A stretch of 31,268 bases of DNA, taken from Candidatus Heimdallarchaeota archaeon (GTDB lineage: Archaea > Asgardarchaeota > Heimdallarchaeia > Heimdallarchaeales > Heimdallarchaeaceae). Where the stretch lies: positions 1-31,268 of the forward strand of contig JAEOTE010000104.1 of NCBI GenBank assembly GCA_016839945.1, given 5' to 3'. Shown here one piece after another: positions 8,836 to 17,286 of this stretch. The notes beneath the pieces were generated by a model. That model had not been told where the DNA came from and ran no database searches. It worked only from the letters and a program-made list of their open reading frames with translations. Made by a program: the position numbers and the translations under genes. Within the stretch, counting starts at the first letter, position 1, and every line of letters begins with the position of its first letter.

Positions 8836-10854
8836 TTACTTTCTCTTTTTTTGTAGAATAATTAATGTAACAAGAGCAAATATGGTAAGTAAAGGTATAG
8901 CAATGTAGGTTGTAAACTCAGGAGTTAAAGGTGTTCCTGGAGTTGGTGTATCTATTATAAAATCATCATTACAATTATCAGTATCTTGGTTTGCTGGACT
9001 TCTCTGAAGGGTTTCATCTTCTCCTGTAGATCCTCCGCTCCAAGATGTTACTCCTCCAACTGATCCTGATCCCCAAGCAACAGCATCTTTTAGATTATCA
9101 TCTGGATCTCTTAGTATTATAACGTCTCCAGAATTAGCAAGTTGAAGATCACCTAATCCATAATCTGCTGCTGAAACTGTTATACCTAATGCTCCCATCT
9201 CACTTACGTACGTTGCACTATCCTGAGCAAAGATGAGTAAAGCTCCCGCATCTATTTGTGCGTTTTCTGGAATGGTATAGACATCTGCATTATCTTCAAG
9301 TTTCCAATTTTCTATATATACATCAAAACTAAAAGCATTGTACAATTCAACGAATTCTCCATTTGGTTCCGTATCAGCATCATATCTTATTTCTGAAATT
9401 AATAATAACCAATCAGCGGTGTTGATTATATTCACTTTCTTCTCAATTTCTATTGGATCTCCAACGGTTGGTGTTCCAATTACCTTCACAGTATGAATTC
9501 CATCACTATATCCTGTAGTGTCTATAGTTGTACTTTCTAATCCTAATGGATCTGGCCAAGTAGCAATACTTACTGAATCAATAAACAATTCTCCTAATGT
9601 GTAAGTGTTAATTGCAAAATTAGCTTGGAATTCAAAACTTCCATCTGCAATACCACCGGGTTTTGGTGATACGAGAGACACAGGTTGAGTAAAACCAACA
9701 GGAGTTTCACTATTTGCCCAATCGAAGTCAAAAACAGTCTTGAAAAATGCAGCTACGTTAGCATTTTTTACTATAGCTCCAGCTTCTCTATTGTTCACAA
9801 CAGAGTTATTAGACCAATTAATACTTGATACTTGTACAACTTCATTGTCAACAGAAACATACTTGTTGTGACAGTGTCCTAAACCTTTGAAGAATTTAAC
9901 CTGAATTCCGTGATTGATGAGTGTCTCTGTAACATTTTCATTTGCTACACCTGGTTCAGGTATTAAAACTCTAATCGAAACTCCCCTTAAAGCTGCATCC
10001 AAAACATCATCCAACAGATCACAATCAAATTTCATATATTGAAGTTCAAGATCTATAGAAGTGGTTGCATTTTGAATAAGGCTGGATAGAAGTTCATAGC
10101 TATTATTAGGTGAAAATATTGGTGTTACTTCTGCATACTCAATGAAGTTTGCTGTACTGAAAGGGTGAGTATATGTTCCTGAAGTTTCATTGGCTTGAAG
10201 ATAACCAACATGAGCTCCTGGAGTATAAGGTGTTGAACGATATAATCCATCATCAAGAAAAACATTTTCAAAGTGTGCTGCGATAGTTGAATCATTGAAT
10301 GCTAATCCCATTTCCCTGTTAGTTCTAGCTTCTGGTGCTTGAGGAATACTCGAGGGAGCCCAGTTGCCAGAATAAACATAAGCAACTTGACTATCAACAA
10401 TCCAGAATTTTGAGTGAGTAAATACAAACGCTACTTTATCAATCCAGTATACATCAATACCAGCAGCATCTAACCTGTATGCTGCTTCTTCAGTATAATC
10501 ATCTTCATAGGAATTTACTCTATCTTCTGATAGTTGAATTACTACGTCAACACCTCGGTTATGAGCTCTTATTAACTCATTAACTAGAGGCTCACTAGAC
10601 AAAGTGTATACTTCTAAATAAAAAGAAGTTTTAGCTGATTTTATTGAATCCATAACTACTTTGTATGCGGTATCTGGACCAACAAATGCTGTTATGTTTG
10701 TAGTTCCTTTGTAAGTAGTAGAAGAAGTAGGTACGATTTTTTCATCAAAAACTGGTAAATCTTCTGCTTGAGCTAAGTTTTCACTTATATATGTACTGAA
10801 AATAGGTAACAGCAGTATAAACACAAAAAGTGTTGTTAATTTTTTATTGTTCAT
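8836..10854 (-). CDS. Secreted, membrane-anchored phospholipase D-family protein (two HKD motifs, Ig-like region, lamin-tail domain, PEF-type C-terminal anchor)
   Basis: Signal peptide MNNKKLTTLFVFILLLPIF, HSKFWIVD..SGNW..NREMG, HNKYVSVD..SINW..NREAG, LTD motifs LLISEIRYD..EFVELYN..L.NSGD..TPTPG, tail PEF-TM-QKKRK. Confidence 0.88.
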   Translation of the reverse strand: MNNKKLTTLFVFILLLPIFSTYISENLAQAEDLPVFDEKIVPTSSTTYKGTTNITAFVGPDTAYKVVMDSIKSAKTSFYLEVYTLSSEPLVNELIRAHNRGVDVVIQLSEDRVNSYEDDYTEEAAYRLDAAGIDVYWIDKVAFVFTHSKFWIVDSQVAYVYSGNWAPSSIPQAPEARTNREMGLAFNDSTIAAHFENVFLDDGLYRSTPYTPGAHVGYLQANETSGTYTHPFSTANFIEYAEVTPIFSPNNSYELLSSLIQNATTSIDLELQYMKFDCDLLDDVLDAALRGVSIRVLIPEPGVANENVTETLINHGIQVKFFKGLGHCHNKYVSVDNEVVQVSSINWSNNSVVNNREAGAIVKNANVAAFFKTVFDFDWANSETPVGFTQPVSLVSPKPGGIADGSFEFQANFAINTYTLGELFIDSVSIATWPDPLGLESTTIDTTGYSDGIHTVKVIGTPTVGDPIEIEKKVNIINTADWLLLISEIRYDADTEPNGEFVELYNAFSFDVYIENWKLEDNADVYTIPENAQIDAGALLIFAQDSATYVSEMGALGITVSAADYGLGDLQLANSGDVIILRDPDDNLKDAVAWGSGSVGGVTSWSGGSTGEDETLQRSPANQDTDNCNDDFIIDTPTPGTPLTPEFTTYIAIPLLTIFALVTLIILQKKRK

Positions 10855-10915
10855 ATTATATTAGAGAAAAAATCATTAATAAATATCTATCGTAAAAGCA
10901 AGAATTAGTTGATTT

Positions 10916-11368
10916 TTACTTATCTTTGAGGATAGAAACAGCTTTAACTACATCTGGTGGAGTATTAGGCCTTTTTACAACTCTTTTAAGTTGCTTGAGA
11001 TATTGATTATACTCCTTTTCGCTGATTTCCAAAGAAGTTATTATCTCTTCTTTTGACAATTGTTCAACATTGGGGATGTCAACCACTTCTGATGCAAAAT
11101 TCATTGGAGACATTTTTTCAGCTTCTAAATCTCTTGGGTCTCCCCAAAATTGTTTTAAGAAGGAAATATCTTCTTCTTTTGCCCCCCATACAAAAATATA
11201 CAGTTTATTATCTCTTATTTTCTCAGTTATTGCTATCCTATTTTTGACAAATACAAAATAACCCTCTCCTGTGTCCTGTTGAATTGTTTGTGTATTATAA
11301 TGATTTGCAATTTCTTGAAGTTGGTTTAAGGATTTTTGATTGTCAATAGGTCCAAAAATAGCTTTCAT
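10916..11368 (-). CDS. Hypothetical protein
   Basis: 150-aa ATG ORF with typical composition, co-oriented between the XPD and PLD genes. No family recognised. Confidence 0.75.
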   Translation of the reverse strand: MKAIFGPIDNQKSLNQLQEIANHYNTQTIQQDTGEGYFVFVKNRIAITEKIRDNKLYIFVWGAKEEDISFLKQFWGDPRDLEAEKMSPMNFASEVVDIPNVEQLSKEEIITSLEISEKEYNQYLKQLKRVVKRPNTPPDVVKAVSILKDK

Positions 11369-11435
11369 AATATTTTACTATTGAAAGTATAATAAAATTG
11401 TTTCGATGAAAAAACTTCTTTGGGTAGATAGTCTC

Positions 11436-13589
11436 CTATGTTTTATGAAAATTGAAAAATTTGTCAACTTTTACTACTATATTATCTGGTTCAGGTTGCA
11501 CTACTGACATATTCTGTTTTAGCCATATAGGTAAATGTTTTTTGTAATAAAATCTAGCAAAACGATAATCCATTAAGACAATGACTGCAAAATCTTCTAG
11601 GCTTCTTATCGGTCTTCCTGCAGCTTGAGAAGCTCTTGTTAATGCGGGAATATTATATCCGTATTCTCTTCCTTTGGTGGGAAATTGACTTTCAAGATAT
11701 TCAATACTTGCATCTATTGTTGGACAAGGTTTAGCATAAGGAATCCCCACAATAATAACAGTGTGCATTTCACCTGAGGGATAATCACTCCCTTCAGACG
11801 ATCTTCCACCTAAAACAGATATTAAAACTCCACCTGATTTCTTGGATTCGTTCTTGAATTTATTTACTAGTTTATCATTTTCAAGAGATGTCATTCCTTG
11901 ATGAGCTATAAAAAGTGGTTTTGGTATCATTCTTTCTAAACCCATCTCTAACAAGCTAGACATTACAGAGTAACTAGCACAAAAGATACCAACATTCTTA
12001 GGAGTAGTTTCAACAACTCCTTGGATGAGCTCAAGCATTTTTGAGTAATTAGCTGGAACTCTGTCTTCTAATTTTGATGATAGTTTGTCAACTACTAAAG
12101 TAATGTGATTCTCTTCTTTATAGGGTGAAGGTAGAGCACTACTCTCTACTTTATTTGGATTCATTCCAACTAATGATATGTAGGCTTCAATAGGATCTAA
12201 TGTACCTGAAGCAGATACAGAACAATGGACATTAGTAAGTAATTCTTCTGTTACTGATCTTGGGTCAAGACAAAGTGTAAGTAATTTCGGAACTGGAGCA
12301 CCTCTTTGTGTTAATATTTTTGTAACAAAGTGTGCATAATCATTTCTGTTTTTTGTTTTAGTGAAAGTAGTAAGATATCTAGCTACAATTGAAATATAAG
12401 AAAAAGGAGCTCTATTTTGTTTTATTAGCTCTCTTTTAATTTGTTCACCTATCTTAACTATAGATTTTACTAACTCTGAATCGATTGTGAGATGAGATCT
12501 TTTTTCTACTTTCTTTATGAAATCCTTTGGTTCGATTCTCATTTCATCATCATTAGCTAAATCAAAAGCTTCTTTTGTTAAAACTTCCTCTAAAGCCTCC
12601 AATAAATCAAAAACCTCACCCATTTTGTATTTAGTAGCTTCAGTTTGAGCGTTGCTTATAGTAGAATTTGATAAAGTGGCACTACTTATATCCACAGCTG
12701 TAGATGGAAGATTGTGAGCTTCATCAATTACCAGAATAATCTCAGATAATTCTTTTTCAAGACTTGTCAAAAAAGTGTTCTGAATTCGAGGATTGAAGAT
12801 ATATTGATAACTGCATGCAACTACATCAACTTTTGATAGTAATCTTGTTGATAGCTCTAAAGGACAAACCTCTAGAGATTTACCAATTTCTAAAAGCTCA
12901 TCACTGTCTAGTACTTTTCCTTCAGTTGTTTTTTTTACTTTTTCAATTATTTTTTTATCAGATAATCTTGTAAAGAATTTACACTTTCTTTCCTCTTTCA
13001 AGAAGTTACAGATTTCTGAAGCATTCCCTGAATCAAATGCGAATTTTTTTACTAATGGATGTAAACAAATTTCTCTTCTACCACGCAAAGCAATTCCTGA
13101 TACTGGGGTAAGTTGTTTAATCATTTCAAGTTCTGAAATAACTCTGCTCATTTGTTGATGAGTTCTACAACAATAAACTATAGTTTTCTTTTTCTTCTTA
13201 ATTATGGGTAAAAGAGATGCAAGAATTGCTATTGTCTTACCAACACCATTAGCAGCTTGTATAATGCTGTGATTTCCTTTATTACTAGCTGAATTTATAT
13301 TCTTAATAATTTCATCTTGTAGAGGTCTTACTTCAATATATGGGAAATATTTTTGCCAAGGTTCTTTTGTTTCATCAATAAGAGTCTCTTTACTCTTAAT
13401 TTTCTTCTCTTTAACGATTTGTTTTACTTTTTTAGAACCAACAGTACTTTTGATTGTGTAACCACACTTAGTGCAATTTAAGCTATGGATACTTGGAACA
13501 AGTATTTTACCACAGTTAGGACAAAAAGTAAAATCTTGTGAACTTTCAACCTTTTCTTCTCTATTATTTGCACTCATTGGTTCTTGCAT
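11436..13589 (-). CDS. xpd: XPD/Rad3-family Fe-S DNA helicase (SF2) with N-terminal zinc ribbon
   Basis: Q motif FPY..VRPLQ, Walker A AANGVGKT, RTHQQ, Fe-S cysteines (CLHP, EICN, KCKFF, CPLE), DEAH, SGTL, SEG.DY, VGIPY, QAAGRPIR, DYRF. N-terminal FCPNCG..LNCTKCGY. Confidence 0.95.
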   Translation of the reverse strand: MQEPMSANNREEKVESSQDFTFCPNCGKILVPSIHSLNCTKCGYTIKSTVGSKKVKQIVKEKKIKSKETLIDETKEPWQKYFPYIEVRPLQDEIIKNINSASNKGNHSIIQAANGVGKTIAILASLLPIIKKKKKTIVYCCRTHQQMSRVISELEMIKQLTPVSGIALRGRREICLHPLVKKFAFDSGNASEICNFLKEERKCKFFTRLSDKKIIEKVKKTTEGKVLDSDELLEIGKSLEVCPLELSTRLLSKVDVVACSYQYIFNPRIQNTFLTSLEKELSEIILVIDEAHNLPSTAVDISSATLSNSTISNAQTEATKYKMGEVFDLLEALEEVLTKEAFDLANDDEMRIEPKDFIKKVEKRSHLTIDSELVKSIVKIGEQIKRELIKQNRAPFSYISIVARYLTTFTKTKNRNDYAHFVTKILTQRGAPVPKLLTLCLDPRSVTEELLTNVHCSVSASGTLDPIEAYISLVGMNPNKVESSALPSPYKEENHITLVVDKLSSKLEDRVPANYSKMLELIQGVVETTPKNVGIFCASYSVMSSLLEMGLERMIPKPLFIAHQGMTSLENDKLVNKFKNESKKSGGVLISVLGGRSSEGSDYPSGEMHTVIIVGIPYAKPCPTIDASIEYLESQFPTKGREYGYNIPALTRASQAAGRPIRSLEDFAVIVLMDYRFARFYYKKHLPIWLKQNMSVVQPEPDNIVVKVDKFFNFHKT

Positions 13590-13701
13590 CAGTCAAAGAG
13601 AAGCAATATAAGCTTTGTTAAGGGGGTATACTGAAATTAATAAAAGTGTTTTAGAGAGTTTAACTATAAAATTTCAAGGTTTTGGGTGTTTTTAACACAC
13701 T

Positions 13702-13718
13702 GAAAGTAATTATATAAA
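13702..13718 (+). promoter_or_regulatory. BRE/TATA-box candidate for the TPR operon
   Basis: Purine-rich gaaagtaa immediately followed by ttatataaa (13710-13718), within the 338-nt divergent intergenic region. Confidence 0.45.
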
Positions 13719-13791
13719 ATATTAAACTTAAATATTACTTCCTACTAAGTAAATATAGCGGAGTTGTTAGCAAACTTAACCAAAAAAATCC

Positions 13792-13911
13792 AGCAATGTT
13801 TAAATACAACAGAAAGACATGAAACAATTCAAGGGTTTCATCTTTAAGGGGTTAAAAAAATACGAATCTTTCTGGTAACATTGCTTAGAAAGAGACTATA
13901 TCATCAAGTCT
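13792..13911 (+). ncRNA. Candidate structured RNA / cis-regulatory leader (multi-stem junction)
   Basis: Perfect nested pairings: 13792-13800/13877-13885 (9 bp), 13810-13817/13867-13874 (8 bp), 13819-13825/13835-13841 (7 bp), 13843-13847/13852-13856 (5 bp), plus 13893-13897/13907-13911 (5 bp). The strand is assumed from the downstream gene. Confidence 0.4.
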
Positions 13912-13927
13912 GGTTGGGACATGCTTA

Positions 13928-15703
13928 ATGACTCAAGAAAATAAAAGACAAATAGACGAATTGATGGAAAATACTACCCTCCTATTGGAGACTATAGCTT
14001 CTGAAGTTATTCATTCTACAGAAAAAATTTATGGTTGCTATATCCCTGGTGAAGTTACTCCTAGTTTATTTGATTTTAAAGATCGAAGTTTCTTAGAAGA
14101 TTTCAAAATGAATCTTGAAGTTATTACTAATATAGTTAAAACAAATATCTCAACTCTCCCTTATGAAAAATCTGATGAAGCTCTGATTCTAGCAAATCTA
14201 CTTCTAGAAATGAATGAAGTTAATTTAGCTTCTGAAATGTATGAAAATCTACTAAAAGTAAACCCTGAGAATAAATTTGCTTGGACAAATTTAATGGCGG
14301 TATACATCAAACAAAACAATAATGAAAAAGCTATGGAATGTTATTTACATCTTCCTCCAGATTTTCTTGAGCATGCCGTTGCAGAAAAAAAAGATCATTC
14401 CCTTGATGTGTATAGAGTATTGAATGTAACAACAGCTTATCCTCTTCATTCATCAATTAGTTCATTAGGGGAACGAATTCAAGAATCAGGTGAAGAAAGA
14501 CAAGAGTATGAACAAGAATTAAGAGAACTATATACTATGAAGGAATTTGTTAAAGGACAAGAAGCATTAGTAAATGGAAGTTATGATCAAGCTTTTGTTC
14601 AATTCTCTAGTCTTGTTGCTAAAATGCCAGATAGTCATCTTTTACTTTTCTTTATTGGAAAAGCAGCACTAAATGGTAAACATTATCTCATTGCAGAAGA
14701 GAATTTTAAGAAAGCAATTCAGATTAAAAATGATATCCCTGAGTATTGGAATGAGTTAGCTAATTGTTTTCTAGCTCAACTTAAGAATGATCAAGCTGTT
14801 AAATCTCTGAAAACAGCATTAACTTTAGATCCTAATTGCAAAGAGTGTTGGTCTTTAGCAGGAAAGGCAATTTCCACAATTGAATCACTAGAGGAATATG
14901 ATTATTTCATTAAACAAATACAGTTGATGCCTTCAGCTGAAGCAATACTTGAATTTGTAACAGGATTAATTCAAAAGAAAAGATTTGAAAATGCTTTAGA
15001 AATTCTTCAAATAGGTGTATCGAAATTCCCAGAAGATTCACAGATACTAGAACATTTAGCATTAGTTTATGAAAGAATGGGAAGATTTGATGAAGCAATT
15101 TCTATATACGAAGATTTGCTTGTTTCTGGAAAATCAGTCCAAAAGTATCTCCAGAAAATTACTTCAATTTTAACAGTCTTGCATGATGATAAAAGACTCG
15201 TAAAGATACTGAAAATGGTTTCTTCATATTTACCTTGGGATGAAGCTGAACTTTGGAATAAGATAGGTGATCTCTTAATGAGAGCTAAAGATTATCTAGG
15301 AGCAAGCGAAGCATTTAGAAAAGTTGTTTCTTTTAACGCAGAAGATCCAAAGATACAATTCAACTTAGCTCTAGCTTATCAAGAATTAGCTTTATTTAAG
15401 AAAGCTGAAGAAACTTATAGGAAAGTAATGGAGTTAAATTCAAAAGACCATGCTGCACTAAATAACCTAGGAAATGTTCTAAAAGAGCTTAAGAGATATG
15501 ATGAAGCAATTGAAGCATATCAAACAGCTATAGACATCGAACCAAAGAAAGCAATTTCTTGGGCTAATTTAGGAATTCTTTATGAAGAACTTAAACTAAG
15601 GAATGATGCTAAAGAATGCTATCACAAAGCAAAGGAAATTGCAATGAAAAACAAAGACTATAAATCAGCAGCAAAGTTTGAAGAATGGGAAAATTCGGTT
15701 TAA
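13928..15703 (+). CDS. Tetratricopeptide repeat (TPR) protein
   Basis: Multiple TPR units, e.g. ALNNLGNVLKELKRYDEAIEAYQTAIDIEP, SWANLGILYEEL, YWNELANCF, LWNKIGDLL. Confidence 0.93.
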   Translation: MTQENKRQIDELMENTTLLLETIASEVIHSTEKIYGCYIPGEVTPSLFDFKDRSFLEDFKMNLEVITNIVKTNISTLPYEKSDEALILANLLLEMNEVNLASEMYENLLKVNPENKFAWTNLMAVYIKQNNNEKAMECYLHLPPDFLEHAVAEKKDHSLDVYRVLNVTTAYPLHSSISSLGERIQESGEERQEYEQELRELYTMKEFVKGQEALVNGSYDQAFVQFSSLVAKMPDSHLLLFFIGKAALNGKHYLIAEENFKKAIQIKNDIPEYWNELANCFLAQLKNDQAVKSLKTALTLDPNCKECWSLAGKAISTIESLEEYDYFIKQIQLMPSAEAILEFVTGLIQKKRFENALEILQIGVSKFPEDSQILEHLALVYERMGRFDEAISIYEDLLVSGKSVQKYLQKITSILTVLHDDKRLVKILKMVSSYLPWDEAELWNKIGDLLMRAKDYLGASEAFRKVVSFNAEDPKIQFNLALAYQELALFKKAEETYRKVMELNSKDHAALNNLGNVLKELKRYDEAIEAYQTAIDIEPKKAISWANLGILYEELKLRNDAKECYHKAKEIAMKNKDYKSAAKFEEWENSV

Positions 15704-15713
15704 TTAGATTTTT

Positions 15714-16271
15714 GTGAATTACATGCAATTTAGGGAAGACAAGTTCAAACAGAATTGGCAAGAAGCTCAAAAAAGCATCGCTAATTTTCTTGAAAAAAAT
15801 AGTTTCATGGTTTGGGAAGAGAGGGCAATAGAAAACAGAAGAGTAGATATTTTAGCAAAACGATCATTCAATAACAAGGCTTACTATTTAGTTTTTGAAG
15901 TGAAACATTATGAGAAAATAACTCCAAATATAGAGGATAAATCACTAGAACAACTAGAAGATTATCTAAAGTTACTTGTTAATAGAGAACTAGAAAGAAA
16001 GACAAAAAAAAGTCTTTTAGAGAATTATCTTTTTGTTGGATATCTTGTATTATCAAAAGATTATGGAATATATTTAAATCGTAAGAAAAACTGGAGAAAA
16101 AAACAATATTTTTCAGATGATGAAGTCCTCAATGAAATTTGGAGAAGAAATGTCTTCTTGTTTTGTTCTTCTCAGGCACACATACAGTCTAACCTTGAAT
16201 CCATCGGTTTTGCGTTTTATTCCCAATCAAAACTCTCTGATTTTTTTGAAAGTGGAATACAAAAACAATAA
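15714..16271 (+). CDS. PD-(D/E)xK restriction-fold nuclease (NucS-C/Hjc/Mrr-like) with C-terminal PIP box
   Basis: E..RRVDILAK..LVFEVKH..QLEDY (QxxxY) motif order and C-terminal QSKLSDFF. The start may be the ATG at 15723. Confidence 0.75.
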   Translation: MNYMQFREDKFKQNWQEAQKSIANFLEKNSFMVWEERAIENRRVDILAKRSFNNKAYYLVFEVKHYEKITPNIEDKSLEQLEDYLKLLVNRELERKTKKSLLENYLFVGYLVLSKDYGIYLNRKKNWRKKQYFSDDEVLNEIWRRNVFLFCSSQAHIQSNLESIGFAFYSQSKLSDFFESGIQKQ

Positions 16272-16300
16272 AAAATCCTATCGAAATATAATATTTGTAG

Positions 16301-17209
16301 ATGAGTTCAAAGCTATCACAATATAAAGAGCATCTCTTCTCTGTACACATTATAGATGAAGGAGTGAGTGTACATAACGAAAAGTACGCAAATTTAGTGG
16401 ATATAGATGATATACTCGTCTTTGGTTTTATATCAGCATTACATAGTTATACATTCTCTGTAGGTCAAGAAGAAGTTAAATCAATTGATTTTGGTTTAAG
16501 TAAATTTTTATTTGAACCACTTGATGATGGAAAATTAATCGTAGCAATAACAAAAGAAAGTTTTCCTAAGAGTGACGAAGAAGATTTCCTCAAAGGTATT
16601 AAGTTGCGTTACAGTCTTCTTACTGAAGCACTTTCTTTAGATTCGATTGACTCACTTCTTGACATTAAAGAAAGAGCTATTCCTTTAGATCTAGTAGTTG
16701 AAATAAGAAAAAAAGGTATAAAACAACAGAAGAAAGACAATGGAATTCAAGCTGAAATACCACAAATTTCAATTCCTGAAGTGACGATTGAAGAATTTTA
16801 TATTGAAAAAATAATGAATGAGGAAGTTTTGACTGAAAATAGATTAAATAGTATTAGAAAATCTCTTAGTAGCTTTTTTTTGGGGTACAAATATCTAGTT
16901 GCAGGATTGTTTGTTATTGTTAAGGAGGATCAATTAACGTCTTTTGTTTTTAGTAGAAAGAAAGTTGATGAGATATTTCCATTAATTCAAGAAATCTTAA
17001 AGGATAAAAGTATTGTTGATACAGAATTAACTCAAGAAACAAAACAAATAAACAAAGCTCAAATAGAAGATCAAGAAATTTGGACTTTAACATATGGTTC
17101 TACTAAAATTGCTGCTAGAGCAATTTTCTTTGGATTATCCTCAAGAGAATTAAATGAAATGATTCCTCATCTGAGTAGAATACTGTATTTTGTTAATAAA
17201 ATGATATAA
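16301..17209 (+). CDS. Longin-like domain protein with a second, degenerate roadblock/longin-like domain
   Basis: LFSVHIIDEGVSV..DDILVFGFISALHSY..EVKSIDFG..LIVAIT is the typical Asgard longin pattern (strand-G-strand, L.xGF.SA helix). The C-terminal half shows a helix-strand-strand-helix-strands-helix pattern. Confidence 0.7.
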   Translation: MSSKLSQYKEHLFSVHIIDEGVSVHNEKYANLVDIDDILVFGFISALHSYTFSVGQEEVKSIDFGLSKFLFEPLDDGKLIVAITKESFPKSDEEDFLKGIKLRYSLLTEALSLDSIDSLLDIKERAIPLDLVVEIRKKGIKQQKKDNGIQAEIPQISIPEVTIEEFYIEKIMNEEVLTENRLNSIRKSLSSFFLGYKYLVAGLFVIVKEDQLTSFVFSRKKVDEIFPLIQEILKDKSIVDTELTQETKQINKAQIEDQEIWTLTYGSTKIAARAIFFGLSSRELNEMIPHLSRILYFVNKMI

Positions 17210-17286
17210 TTATATACCTTCGATAGAAACGACAAAATTGATATAGTATAAGTTTCACAACATAGCGTAGAGAACTGGTGGGATAT

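Noticed and set aside
13618-13853. G-strings (ttaagggggt, ttaaggggtt, ttcaagggttt) suggestive of ORB/mini-ORB replication-origin elements
   Set aside because: No TCCA..GAAA core repeat and no orc1/cdc6 gene in the window, so the evidence is insufficient.
16117-16326. 69-aa plus-strand ORF overlapping the nuclease 3' end
   Set aside because: Alternative-frame overlap with no motif. The nuclease frame is intact through its PIP box, so no frameshift is needed.
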